A stretch of DNA of 64,000 nucleotides from Octopus sinensis (GCF_006345805.1 NC_042999.1:72354001-72418000); one strand, 5' to 3'. Numbered from the stretch's first letter, positions 23,950-37,966 are shown. A program made the numbers and translations. Notes: generated from the letters alone by a model not told the origin.

Positions 23950-25200
23950 GAGATCTTCATAAAGAGCAGCTGGTAGGGTTTCGGAAATTACAGGTTGAGA
24001 CGAGAGGTTGTGCGGGTGCATGTTTACGTCTGTTGTAGCGTGCACTGTTGAAGCGATGTTGTCTACACAAATCGTTCAAATTGGCGTTATGTACGTTGAA
24101 AAGCTTATAGTACTCATGGCTCCTAGCTACGTTGGTGCAAACCTCTAGGTTAAATGTAGGGTTGAACCAGAATAATATCTTTCTCTTTCTGGTCCTTTTC
24201 GAGTGCGGAGGAGGAAGTTGAGGGAGCATTATTACTAGCTTCTCGGTGGGGGCTGCCCTGTTGAAGATCTCAAGCTGTAAGCTTACATATTCTTCTGCTA
24301 ATGCCTGAAACTAGGGTTCTAATTGCAACGGGCGAGGGCAGTGATTCAACCTTCAGTGAATGTACATAGTCTCCTCGTTGGAATTCCTCTAAGAGTAGAA
24401 CTTGCATGTCTTCGGGTCTAGAGTCACGTCTAGGAAGTCGATCGTGGTCACGTTGGTGGTAACTGTTATGGACAGGTCGAATTCTTTGAATATTTTACCA
24501 GGTCCTTCCTAACCTAGTCCATGATGTGGCCATTCGCATGGATTCAGATTTCCAGGCTGTCGTCCCTGTTAAGAGCCAACCAGTGAGGATGTGTGTTTCT
24601 TGGTTATATCCAAGATAAATAAACCGGCGAGGGCAGTGATCTCAGCTCCGTCATAAGTCCTCATAAAAACATCGAACATAGGATCGCCTTCTTTCTTTAT
24701 CCAGAAAGAGTTATTGTGAATACATTCGCTTAGAGATTTGTTTCATTTTCTCTCGAGACTTTGCGACATCTGGAATGAAACTTTCAACATCGAATGGAGT
24801 ATCATCGACAGGGCTCCTCCTTACTCACCCGGTGCCCGCAATTGCCAGCTCAGTCTCCGTGAAATGCTGCAGATTCTTCACTAGCCTGTATATCCATCAA
24901 CAGAAAATACGAACTATCTTATTGCTACCATCAGAGGTACGATCTCCTGGTGAACTTCAAACCGGTGGCAGCTGACAGCCGAGTTATATAACCTTAACAT
25001 CGGCTGCCGCTCAACACTAACTATCCTACATCCAGTATACACAACACACACATATACACCTGCACCGGTCATGTGTTTGATGACCCTTAGATCCCTTCAA
25101 TGATCAGCCCGACAGCAAGGCACCACCAGCTTCCTATCCAGCCACGTGGATCATCGCTGGAATATCGGTCGGTGGAATCAAACCGTTGTAATACATTTAA
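23950..25200. mobile_element. Penelope-like element (lineage 2): RT segment on the minus strand (~23950-24745) joined to a plus-strand GIY-YIG C-terminus and 3' repeat
   Basis: Minus: WIKKEGDPMFDVFMRTYDGAEITALAGLFIL, TIDFLDVTLD, RKILFWFNP. Plus: FNIEWSIIDRAPPYSPGARNCQLSLREMLQIL. Decayed hammerhead at 25071-25196, then (TA)n. Confidence 0.75.
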
Positions 25201-25217
25201 ATATATATACATATATA

Positions 25218-26365
25218 CAGGGGTTGGACAAAATAATGGAAGCACTTAGCATCATAGCATCATAATTTTGAAATATCTATAAAACCGTCAAAAGCTTGTT
25301 CATTCTTATGTTTTTTTTTTGTTTATTATTAGTGTTGCTTAATATGTTTTGCTAAAATTCCTGTTTCCTTTCAGAGATCATCAGAAAAAGGTAGTTAAAA
25401 TTCATTAAAATGACAAATCTATCGGACTTTCAAAGAGGCGCTAGCGTAACGGAAATATCCGAAATGTTTGGTTTATCAAGAAGTATTCTCTCGAAAGTAA
25501 TGATAGCCTTTGAGAAAGAGGGAAAAACCTCCTCGTCGAAACAAAAATCCGGAAGAAAACAAACACTTTCAGATAGGGACAGCTCCCAAAATTACTGCAG
25601 AGCTTAATCACCACTTCGAAAATCCGGGTTCCACAAAAATTGTTCGCCGGGAGCTGCACAAAGCCGGATTTCACTGGAGGGCTGCAATCAGAAAACCACT
25701 ACTTTCAAAAACAAACGTTGCAAAGCGTTTAGAATGGAATAAAAACCTACAGAACTGGTGTCGAGTCATCTTTTACCTTATTTCCGACCACAGGCCGAGT
25801 ATACATGTGGAGACAGCCAAAAGAAGCATTCGACTCAGACTGCCTTCTTCCAACTGTTAAACATGGAGAAGGATCTGTGATGATATGGTGGGCTATTTCT
25901 TGGAAATCCACCGGCCCAATGATTTCCTTTCATGGCAGAATTAATAGTCAGGATTATTTAAGCATTTATTTGATCAAATTCATCCTATGGTTGCAGAACA
26001 GTTTCCGGAGGGAAACGCAATCTTTCAGGATGATTATGCACCAATTCATACAGCTAAAGTTGTTACTGAATGGCACGAGGGACATTTTATCTGGCCACCA
26101 CAGTCCCCAGATCTCAATATTATTGAACATTTATGGTACATTTTAGAAAAACAAGGAGTCGATATCCTCGATATCACCACTACAAGAACTGGGGGCTGTT
26201 TTAGCTGAAGAATGGACAAAAATTCCTTAGGAAATAATTCAAATTTTGTACGAGTCTATAACTTGTAGAATTCAAGCTCTAATTACTGCCAAAGGCGGTC
26301 CTACCCATATTATAATAAATTTGTTTGAAATTTTAAGGTGTTTCTATTATTTTGTTCAACCCTTG
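25218..26365 (+). mobile_element. Degenerate Tc1 (DD34E-type) transposon
   Basis: ~28-bp imperfect TIRs caggggttggacaaaataatggaagcac with TA TSD. Motifs SGRKQTLS, RKPLLS, PTVKHGEGSVMIW, FQDDYAPIH, WPPQSPDLNIIEHLW. Confidence 0.9.
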
Positions 26366-26368
26366 TAT

Positions 26369-26421
<53 letters not shown>

Positions 26422-26650
26422 CATAAGTAAATAAATGGAGTTGTACGCAGGTGTTATTCAATTTCTTTACTTATGCTATGCAAATTACTGCACATTAACC
26501 CGGAGTTTCTACCTTTGAATAGGTCGCTACATCCTTGTTATTTGCGTGGATTTTGCTACCCTGGTAACCGTCTATTGAATTTTCCATGTTAACGGTAAAC
26601 AAAGGATAATTCATTCATCCATTTACATATATATATATATATATATATAT

Positions 26651-27850
26651 ATTAGGTCATTAAGAATGAAATGTTCGATTTTGAATTGAAAGTTTATTTT
26701 ACTTTATCTCATCAAAAAGCAATGCAGATAATCGAAATCTGCATCTAAATTATCAACATAATTCTGCCATTTCATTGGTAGCTTATTTAAGCCTGCAGCG
26801 AAAAATTCTGAAGAGCAAGAGGTGATGAAATCACGAAAGGCTGTTTTTGCATCTTCTTCGGATTTGAAGTTGTTTCCTTGCAAAAAGTTATCCAATGCCT
26901 GGAAAACGTTATAGTCAGTTGGTGTAAGGTATGGTGAATATGGTGGATTACATAGTATTTCTATATTCAGTTCCTGTAACTTGAGTGGCGTTCTTTGTGC
27001 AACATATGGTCGAGCATCGTCTTGCATGAGAATTGGCCTGTCTCTATTGACCAATCTCGGTTGTTTAATTGCAAGTTCTCTCATCATTTCATCCAATTGG
27101 TTGATGTAAGCATCCGCTGTAATTGACTTACGAGGCCTCATGAAGCTGTAGTGAATGACACCAGCGCTGTATTTTTGGTGAATATTCTTTTTTGGATTAT
27201 GTTTTGGCACTTCGTCCCAATCTAACCGCTTGCTGCTCAATCCAATGTCTCAATCCAACGTTTGCTACTGTTGAAAAGTATCCATTTTTCATCACATGTA
27301 ACAAAACGATGCAAAAATGGTTCGCTTTTATGACAGCAAAGAACAGCAAGTTTCAAGATAACGTATCATTTAATTTGGTGCTCGTTCAGTTTGTGTAGTA
27401 TCCACTTGTCCAGCTTCTTTTCTTTGCCGATTTGTTTCAGGTGGCCTAGTACAGTTGGAATCGAAACATCAAACCTTGCTGCTAACTAACGCATTGCTTG
27501 AGATGTATCCACTTCCACTACAGTTTCCAGTTCATCATTATCCACCTTGGTCTCAGGTCTAGCACGGGGTTGATTTTCAAGAGTAAAATCACCAAACCGG
27601 AACTTCTCAAACCATCGACGTACAGTGCGCTCATTCTCCACACCTTCATCAAACACCTCACTGATGTTTCGAGCTGTTCTGAGATACATTGGTTCCACTA
27701 CAGAACTAATACTCATAAACAACACGAATATTTTTCATCTATCCATGGGTTCACAAAAATTGATTTACAAGAGAAAACTCACAATATAATCAGACACCAT
27801 GAACTGCATTTCGAAAAGTGATGATGAAACTCTTCAATGCTGCAAAACAA
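26651..27850 (-). mobile_element. Degenerate mariner (DD34D-type) transposase
   Basis: RTVRRWFEKFRFGD, VTCDEKWI, ILMQDDARPY, PPYSPYLTPTDY, GLNKLPMKWQ. One putative TIR at 26651; the other end was not resolved. Confidence 0.88.
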
Positions 27851-28050
27851 AGAATTGTCAGGATAAAACATTAGAGCTAACGACTGTCAAACTTGATGCA
27901 TAAGAAAATCATGCTTCATGACCTGGTATGTGTGTGTGTGTCTGTATGCATGCATGCATGAATGGATGCATGCAAAAATAACACATACGTACGATGATAG
28001 AGAGAACAAGGAGTAGGTGAAAGATAGATACACACATACACACGCATATA

Positions 28051-29205
28051 CAGTTGCGGCCAAAATGTTCAGAACGGCATTGTTTTTGTCAGAAAAGTAG
28101 GTATAAGTTTTCATCAAAGTTGTTTTAGTGTCTATAATTTTCACAGACAATAAATACAATATTAATTGTTATTGTCTGAGATTTTGGTTTAATTTGAGAG
28201 GATAATACAAAAGTTATGGATGATTTAGTGATTTACTGCAAAACCATGGCGACCAAAATGATCAGAACGGTTGCTTATACTCCGTGTTTTAGTATATTTA
28301 ACCGGTGAACTCTAATGTTTTGAATTTGTTTACCTGACGGTTCGTTTACTAGACATTAGTTAGAATATCTGCAGTGTACTTTGTTAATATAATGCCACTT
28401 ACTCCGTTACCAATTCGTCAGCAGATTATTAAGCTTCGAAAGAAGGATAATTTAAGTATTGGGTCTATTGCAAAGATTGTTAACAAGTGAAAATTGTTGT
28501 TCACGGTATTCTTAAGGTCTACGATGATTGTGGTTCGTGTGAAGCAAGTCTACAGGTAGGCCAAAAAAACGACCAAGAGAGAAGATCGTGCTATGGTAAA
28601 GTTGGTTAAAAAGGACAGATTTAAAACTGCTGCTGCTGTTTCTCGAGAAATGAGCATTGTACTGAAGAAAACTTTATTTCGAAAAACTGTGTCTCGTCGT
28701 TTAGTTGAACATGACCTACAAGCAAGAGCACCTGCAGTGAAGCCACTGATTAGCTCCAAGAATAAAAAGTGTCGTCTTACCTTTGCAACCGAACATGTGT
28801 TGTGGTCTCAAGAAAAATGGCAAACGGTGCATTTCCGTGATGAATCTAAGTTTAAGTTATTTGGCTCAGATGGGAAAAGGTACGTTCGTCGAGAAGTAGG
28901 TGAAAAATTATCACCTAAATGCCTTAAGACTAGTGTTAAATTCGGTGGAGGAAGTGTCATGGTTTGGGGAATGATATCTGGAGATGGTGTGGGCCCTTTG
29001 GTGCGATTACATGGGTTTTGCAGTAAATCACTAAATCATCCATAACTTTTGTATTATCCTCTCAAATTAAACCAAAATCTCAGACAATAATAATTAATAT
29101 TGTATTTATTGTCTGTGAAAATTATAGAATATAAGACAACTTTGATAAAAACTTATATCTACTTTTCTGACGAAAACAATGACGTTCTGAACATTTTGGC
29201 CGCAA

Positions 29206-29208
<3 letters not shown>
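28051..29208 (+). mobile_element. IR/DR-type Tc1 transposon with ~198-bp inverted repeats; deletion derivative
   Basis: IRs at 28051-28248 and 29010-29208. Direct repeats gcggccaaaatgttcagaacgg (28056) and gcgaccaaaatgatcagaacgg (28249). ORF with KPLIS, FRDESKF, VKFGGGSVMVWG ends in the right IR. Confidence 0.93.
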
Positions 29209-29242
<34 letters not shown>

Positions 29243-29864
29243 TACACAGTGACATTTATGCACACCATATATCTGTGATTGTTCAACTGCATTTATGTGT
29301 ATATACTTATGCATACACACACACACACACATGCACATTTCTTCAGATGCATGTGCTTTTTGTATTTTTTGTATGTGTACAGAGATCTATTCCCATCTAT
29401 ATGCATACATATGTATGTGTGTGTGTGTGTGTGTAGATATATATTCTAGTTATGACAGATATATACCTGTAACCTACATATATTTCCATTAATTTTTTTC
29501 CTTTTTTTTTGTCCTTTCTTCTGAAATCTAATAGCCATTTTACCGATTCTACAAGATTTGCAGCTGTTTATAAGTGTAATAATCATTTATAAATAGTTCC
29601 ATTTTTTTTAGAAATTCTTTAGCTTTAGATATATTGCTATACATGCATATTATATACATACGCATACACACGTATGCCCGCTTTTCTATCGTTTATTCTC
29701 AATTATTTCATAATTATAAATATAATTATAAATATAATTAAGGGTTTAGCAACAAGTTGCTTCACCACATACCGAAAACAGCCAAAGACAGCTAATTCTT
29801 TTAACTACAAACATGACCCCACAGACAACAAATTAATAATTCTTTACCCTATATCTGTAATGAG

Positions 29865-29963
<99 letters not shown>

Positions 29964-30249
29964 ACATAAAGACTGCATTGTTTTTGTCTTTGGGCTTACA
30001 TGTATTAACTATTATGTGTTAGCTATAATTGGAAATACACGATGCTATTAGTAGGAACTTATATTTTTTCAGATACTTGTATAAATAACTGCTTGCTATA
30101 TTTATATTATTAAATGAATATTTTTTTTTTGTACTTAGTCTCTATAGTTGTAGAATTACATGAGTATATATACATATGAGTATATATACATATGAGTATA
30201 TATATACCTTTGTATGTATATATGTACATACGTGTATATATATATATCG

Positions 30250-30298
30250 CCGATGAAGGGATATTATTAATTAATATCCTAGAAACAGCTGTAAGACC
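30250..30298 (+). ncRNA. Hammerhead-like remnant in a (TA)n-flanked insertion; 5' strand of stem I missing
   Basis: CCGATGA-agggatatta(ttaat)taatatccta-GAAA-C-agct-GTA. Stem II is 9 bp and stem III is the palindrome ACAGCTGT. Confidence 0.5.
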
Positions 30299-30539
30299 TT
30301 CTATCTATAAATGCTCTAATATCTATACAGCCTTGGTTTTTTTATCTTATTACGCAATATATATATATATATTAATGTGTCTGGGAAGAGTATTCTCTTT
30401 TAGTCCCTTATTATTTAACACACTCAACGGTTCGATTTCCACTCATTTACTTGTCTTGCAACCTTTCCGTAGTCGTTGACTGTCCGTTATCAGATCTGCG
30501 TCCTTTTTTTTGTTTGTTTGTGCGCATGTGTGTGCGTCA

Positions 30540-31010
30540 GTGTATACACATATGTATACATGTATGTATGTATGTATGTATGTATGTATGTATGTATGTA
30601 TGTATGCATGTATGTATGTGTGTATGTATGTGTGTGTGTATGTACGTGTGTGTATGCATATTTGTGTCTGCATAAATATATATATTCATGCGTGTACGTT
30701 TGTATGTATATATTTTGCATATTCATGTTTGTGTGTTTTTATGTGTGTGTATTTGTATGCATGTGTGTGTTTGTGTGTGTGTGTGTGTGTGTATTTCTGC
30801 GTGTGCCGCTGTCTCCTTGTGTGTGCATGTTTGTGTGTCTATGAATATGGGTGTGTGTGAATATGCATGTGCGTCTGTTATGTATGGATGTGTGCCTCCA
30901 TGTGTCCTTGTGCGTGTGTGTGAAGTGTGCTTGTGTGTATATGGTCATGTGTTTCAGTCTTCATTTGTATATGTATGTGTGTATGTGTGTGTGTGCTTGT
31001 CTGTCCGTAT
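30540..31010. repeat. (TATG)n and degenerate TG-rich low-complexity tract
   Basis: Read directly from the sequence. Confidence 0.9.
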
Positions 31011-31866
31011 TAGCTATATACGTCTACGTAATAGCCTGCTAACAACTCTACCTCTGTATATATAGAGATTAGTTGCCGAGCAGAAGGGAATGTCACGTTT
31101 AAAGTTGTAGGAAGGAGACCGACTAATGACAAACTTAGAGCTTTCTTATCCGGGCTATAAATTTTCATTTGCACTTATTGCCGTACGTGTATCGATCTGT
31201 GAAACGTCAGAATGTTATAAAAGCCGAAAAATGTTGGGGTTGTCTAATGAAGGAAACTAATTGGCACCTTCAAGTTGATTTTGCTTTTTTGTTTAATCTC
31301 TTGACATCAACATTACACACAATCGCGTGTACATATGGCATCTGCAAATACATGCCCACTTACAGAATAATTACAGACATTTGCTTGGATGAGATATGTA
31401 TGCTCGTAACTTAAATGCAAGTATCTCCTTGCATACATGTAAATATATACCTATATTACGCACAGGCACGGATGTATGGTAAGAAGCTTGCTTCCGGTCG
31501 TTCACTGAGGTCAGTGTTGTTATTGATCCGTAAGGAATTTCATCGTTTTATATTGCATTTCTTACTGTTGCATTTTGGGATTGTTATTATTGCTGAATTT
31601 TGTGCTGTTGCTCAGCGTGCCGGGTTATAGAAATTGTTATTTCTTTTTGTAGCCATTCTGGCAATTTTTAAACAAAATATTGAAAAAAAAAAACGGACTT
31701 GTTAAAGTTGTTTTAGACTTTACGTTTGTGCACCGCTCTCTGCTGGGGTTGGATTTGAATTATTATCAGAAAATTTATAAACTGTTTTTTTGAAAATTAT
31801 TATATGTTTTCCTTGTGGAAAACCGATTTTTGTTATATTTTCTTGTGTAATTAATTTAGGCCGAGC

Positions 31867-32500
31867 ATGTTGGTCGAAATTATACATGAAAAATGCACTC
31901 TCGAAGAGAGTAATGTTAACTCTGTTAGGGAGTTTTCCGCGGTTGCCGCTATGGCAACCGAAAACATTGATATTCCTGTAGAGAAACTACAGGAATATCT
32001 TTTCAAGAGAATGAATGGGGAGGATGGAGATATCAAAATATCACTTTCCTTCAAGACGGTTGAAACAGACCGAAAAACAATAATATTTAAATCGTTCTGT
32101 CCAAAAAACAAACGATTTAAACATTTCGAAAAAGAGAAAATTGAAAAACGGCTTGCCTCGATTTGGATGGACGTAGCGTATATTGCGAGGCCCAACACGT
32201 ATGGCACCGTTGAGGTGCGGTTCGCGTCTGAGGAGAAGGCCCGCGGGTACTCTGTGAGCCCCTTGAAAACAGATGTAGTACTTCTGTCAAACTACATGGG
32301 AAGAAGGACTTCTCGTATAAAGATGACAGAAGTGCCACCAGAAGAAGACCGAGAGAGGTGATGGCCACCCTGTTGTTAAACAGGGCGGACTAAAATCCAA
32401 TTTTTCCAGATTACATGCTCTGCTCTGCAGAATTGGCTTGGGCAGAACATCTCGGCAATCATTTAGGGGACCCAGAAAGACATTGAAATTTTCATCCTAC
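31867..32500 (+). mobile_element. L1/Tx1-like ORF1 (RRM-type) remnant without ORF2
   Basis: YGTVEVRFASEEKA..VLLSNYMGRRTSRIKMTEVPP resembles the RRM region of non-LTR ORF1 proteins. Stop at 32361 and degenerate afterwards. Confidence 0.55.
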
Positions 32501-35500
32501 TCAGTATGTCCATAACACTTTTTTCTACGTCTTTATTCCACCCATTTGGCCAAGTTGATCAACTTATTTATGCTTAGAAGCCTGTCCCTACTTTTCATAC
32601 TATTCAGCATGTCCATAACATATTCATCTACGCCCTAATTTTTGACAAAATAAATCTAGGTCTGTTCTAATTGTTCCTTTTATTTATTTATTAGAAGAAA
32701 ATACAAATCCTTAATTCTTAGTCGCGATAACAGTGACTATAAAAATCTGTAAGACGTTAAGATTTAAATGATGATGGTTAAAAAAACGATGCTTTCCTTC
32801 ACAACTTTGCTATCAAGTAGGTGGCCGGTAAATATTTATTGTAAATAAAAAAGAGAAAGAGAAAAAGTACATACATACATGCATTAACAAACAGACAGAC
32901 AGAGATTTTGGCCGAGTAATATAACGATTCTTCCGATGCTAAACGTATCATTGATAACTAATATAACGTACGAAGATAAATTGCTTTCATTATAGATCTG
33001 ATTATTATCAATACAACTTGTAATTATAATTATAAACTCCATTATCTAATGGTGTGTGATAGTAAATTGAGGCAGTAATAAATTTCTATAGATAAAATCC
33101 TAAGCGCGTTTGCAAGGGTTAATATGTATGCGATCAAATAAACAGGGGTATTGCTTGCTGTGGAAGAGGATAATAACAGTTACATCGAAGAATGTCACGA
33201 AATAATAAATGCAAGATTTTCGAAATGTGCTTGAAAAATTACTCGTGAGTATATTTCTTGTAAAACAACAGTAGAAATACAGCCCTGATATCAATTATCT
33301 ATACATCTACAATTTTAGAGGTCGTAGCTGAAGGAAAGGGAATTTTATTTTGAGTAAAATAGTTAACAATTGTTTGTAGTACAGATAGAAAACCTGAAAT
33401 TTGGGGATAGAATAAAGTCCATTATATCGACCTTAGAACTTTGTTGGTAATATATTGGCTCTGGGAAGATGAAAAGCAACGTTGACCTTGGCATAATTTG
33501 AGCTCAGAATGTAAAGGCCAGAAGAAATACTTCATGGCAATTTGTTTGCCGCTCTAACGGTTCCACCAATTTACTACCTTTGTATACAGTTAATATCAAG
33601 AAATCTAAGGCGAAGTAAGAATCTTTTCAGTTGCCTTCACAGATTTTGGAAATTTTTCAAACTTGGTATACTGATGTATTTTTCCACGCTGAATCCGAAT
33701 ATAGAATTCATTTATTTCCTCCAAAAACAACTGAGGAGTTTCAACCGTGTTTCGTGGCCTGCTACCACAACAGCTCATTTATAGGATCCAGTTAGCTCAA
33801 GACATCATAAGGAGGAACCACGTCTGGTTTCGGACCCTACTCTTCTTTATACGTGGCGCCTCCACTCCTTTCGGAGATGTCTTCAGCTCTGGTGTTGGGT
33901 GCATGTCTTCTTTCCCCTTCTTTCTTCTGTTTCCTGGCCTCTTCGATGTAGCGTCAACGAGTGTCAGCGGGCGACTGACTGTCTTGTTAAATTTTGATTT
34001 AAATACCTGCTGCTAGGCTCCAGTAGGCAGCCCCAGCAAGTTGTCACGTGACACTGTCTCAACTTTAACTGACCAATGAAGGCGCGTAGTCTTAGCCCAC
34101 GCATTCTCTAAACGAGACCGTCACCTGTCAATCAGCGAGGCTAATTCAGTGTCAGCTTGTCTCAACTAGTGATGTTATTTTCCTGCCAGCATGTTATGAC
34201 TTTCAAGCCATTTTTGGTCTTCCCGCTTCAGCCATATATAGAAGCTGGCTTTTCGACCGTCTCCTGTACTCTCCTTAATACATAGGTTCAAATTTTGATC
34301 ATGTTTAGTCCAATAGGAAAACAAGAACTGGAAACAGCGCATTTTCTGCGTGATACGTGTCTATCACAAAATAACAGACAGAAATAAAACGTTTTCAAAA
34401 TATCACTGGTCGAAACTTGTGGTGATGGTTGCGGTGGTAAAAATATCAGAATACAGCTTTGCTTTTTACTATGAAAATGGGCATCGATGTGAGATTTATG
34501 GTCATGTATATAACGGTGGCTTTTGATTGGCTAAAATTACCCAAATGTTGTAATCCTTAAAAGCTGTTATCTTTCTATAATTAATTCACTACAAAAATGG
34601 ATTTCATTTTCATAATTAGCATACAAAAGTAAATTGATAAAACCAAATTTAGAAATTTCAGAGTCATATTTGTGAAGTATTTTCATCTGGGGTTGTGTGT
34701 TGAAATTGAAGCAATTACATCATGTATAAATCATGATAGCCATTTATGAACATAAACATATATACTGTTATACATACAGGCGCAAGAATGGCTGTGTGGT
34801 AAGAAGATTGCTTCCCAACCACACGATTCCGGGTCCAGTCCCACTGAGTGGCACCTTCGGCAAGTGTCTTCTACTATAGCCTCGGGCCGACCAAAAACTT
34901 GTGAGTGGATTTGGTACACGGAAACTGAAAGAAGCCCGTCGTATATATATATGTGTGCGTGTGTGTTTGTGTATTTGTGTGTCTGTGTTTTTCCCCACTC
35001 CCGCCATCGCTTGACAACTGATGTTCCCGTAACATAGCGGTTCAGCGAAACAGATCGATAATATAAGTACTAGGCTTACAAAGAAGAAGTCCCGGGGTCA
35101 ATTCGTGGACTAAAAGCTGTGCTCCAGCATAGCCGCAGTCAAATGCCTGAAACAAGTAAAAGAATAAAAGAATAGAAATACCTTTATTTTGTTTCTTAAT
35201 GGTAATATATATTTTAAAGGAGGCTCTTGTGTCAGGCCAGGACAATGCGAGAAGATACAAAGTAAACTACAAATGGAAAGGGAAAACGGAACGAAGTTGC
35301 ATTTTTACTTATATATTTCTATATTTCGAGGAGAAGATCCCTTCTTCAATTCTTCAGGACATTTAGTACATTACAGTGGTTGTTTGCCATTATCTTACCC
35401 TGGATTTCAATATATTCAGCGGAAATAATATAACTGGCCCTATGCATAGTTTCCGTCTATAAAATTTCATTCACAAGGTATTGATCAACGTAAGGCTATG

Positions 35501-36656
35501 ACCCCAGAACTACGTAGCTGCGAGGCAATCTTCTTAACCACACACCCGTACCTGATACTGCAGATAAACTGCCGACCAACAAACATAACGAAAATAATAA
35601 ATTAAAAGTAAATATTAAGTAAATAAGAACTGGTGGTTGTTCTGAACCCCATCTCTTCAGCGTAGTCAGTATGTAGATGCCAGTGCAGTATAGCTAGAAA
35701 AGTCTGCGCGCAAATTCGATTCTTGACTGAACCATTTCACTTTAACCCTCATTTCCCACCGCAGTTTAAAAGATAGGTTCTGCTACACTGACTTGTCGTT
35801 AACACATTACGGGAAGACAAAGGTTTCCATAGTAACCCAGTGATGAATCAAGTCAATGTGAATTTATATTTTAACGTGTTATTGCATATGAACAGATCAA
35901 ATGTAGTAACCGATTTTGTAAAATTAACCTTCATCTAGTTCTGATAATCTGATATCAAACATTTTAAATGATTTATACATGAATAACGAAAGCACAAGGG
36001 AGAAGGAGAATATATAAGGTCTTACATTGAGATATACTTACGTAGAGATAGCCAAGGAGTAAAAACAATGAAGAAAGAACTAAAAGATCATTTGAATAAG
36101 ACGATATGATACGAGGATACGAGGAAACGGATTACGCTTCGTAATGTTCACAAAGCTCGGTACATTACAAATATTCTTTCAACAGGAACGGATTGAAATC
36201 GGATATAAATGAATCGAGGACCTTAAAATAAATGTATTCTTCAAATACATGCGCAGATAATTTCGTTATAAAATAGCGTATACAACATGTCAATGAAGCG
36301 AGGTCATTTTACATTGACAATGATAAATCTAATGTATAAATGTACTACATACAGCAAAGAGTATTCAAATGTTCATTTTAACATTTATCTTCTCCAAAGC
36401 TCTTGGATCAATAGTTAGAATTGAAGTTTTCAATGACGTTGTCTCTAAGATTCTGTTCACAAAGGAATATTATAGAGCTTTTTATAACTATCTGCATTGT
36501 GATAACTTTTCTCTATGTTTCTAGAAAACTCGAGCTGATAATCTCAAATGCAAAAAGAAAACATATGCCTACATATACACAGATAGATAGCAAGTGAGAT
36601 AGATATATATTCATATATAAAACATACATATATGCATTTACAAATATACATCCATC

Positions 36657-36920
<264 letters not shown>

Positions 36921-37662
36921 CATATATACATAGGTATGTATATATATTTATTTTTACTTATTTCAGTCATTGGACAGCAACCATGCTGGGACGCCATCTT
37001 GAATGGATTAGTCGAACAAATCGACCCCAGGACTTATTTTTTCTTACACCTCGTACTTATTCTATCAGTTTTTAACACTGTTGGATGTATCACTTTTACG
37101 TATTAAACACTTTCCAGGAAGCTGGTATGTACATATTAATTACTTGTAGGGATTCCGCTTTTCGTTACGCGACATAATATACCACCAAGTATATTAAAGG
37201 CTTCTGAGTGAATACTACGTCCAACCTGTGTTAGGTGTGTGATTCAGTCACTTTTTGAGATTATCTCTACAGATTTTCTATTGAAATTAGAGCCACCGTT
37301 GATTTGTTACGACGTTTTGTATCCGAATACGTCTAATGTAAACAGTGCGATCGAAGATGAAAAAATAGGTAAAGGATGCGCATGCATATTTCAAGAGTTA
37401 TTGCTCCTACTTCAACACCAAATATATACGAAGGGCTGATTCACATGGCTATACACCTCACTGCAAAACATGGCCGATGAGACATCAACGTAGTTACCCT
37501 GCTTGTTAGACATAATAAAAAATCGCACTCTAAAGACATAGAAAAAGACTAACACTTTGGATAATATATTCCTAAATAAAGTCATTAAAAAAATCGGAAA
37601 TCCATGGCTGGGCGTAAGCAAAAACAACAATTTCACCTTAAAAATGAGAACCCTAAACAGAG

Positions 37663-37966
37663 TCGACTGGAGTACACTGCCCGTCACCAAAAAAAAAGAA
37701 ATATTCATAATGGTCATGGATGGAATGCCTTTGATTATAGCTCTATTTCATGCTAAAGAATAACAGCTACAATATGTCCAAATGCAAGGTAGCAAGATAG
37801 TCATAAAGGCTCGACTAGAGTACACTGCTCCTCACAACATAAAAAAAGAAATATTCATAATAGTCATGGATGGAATGCGTTTGATTACAGGTCTATTTCA
37901 TGCTAAAGAACAACAGTAATAATATGGCCTCATGCCTATTAAAGATAGCAAGATAGCCATAAAGGC
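37663..37966. repeat. Diverged tandem duplication of ~148-156 bp
   Basis: tcgactggagtacactgc... at 37663 and tcgactagagtacactgc... at 37811, both ending in cataaaggc. Confidence 0.85.

Noticed and set aside
33745-33900. Hammerhead-like strings on the minus strand (CTGAAGA..GAAAC; ctgttg..cgaaac)
   Set aside because: Stem I or stem II could not be paired consistently.
35823-35836. RFX X-box-like GTTTCCATAGTAAC
   Set aside because: A single short motif with no promoter context; expected by chance in 64 kb.
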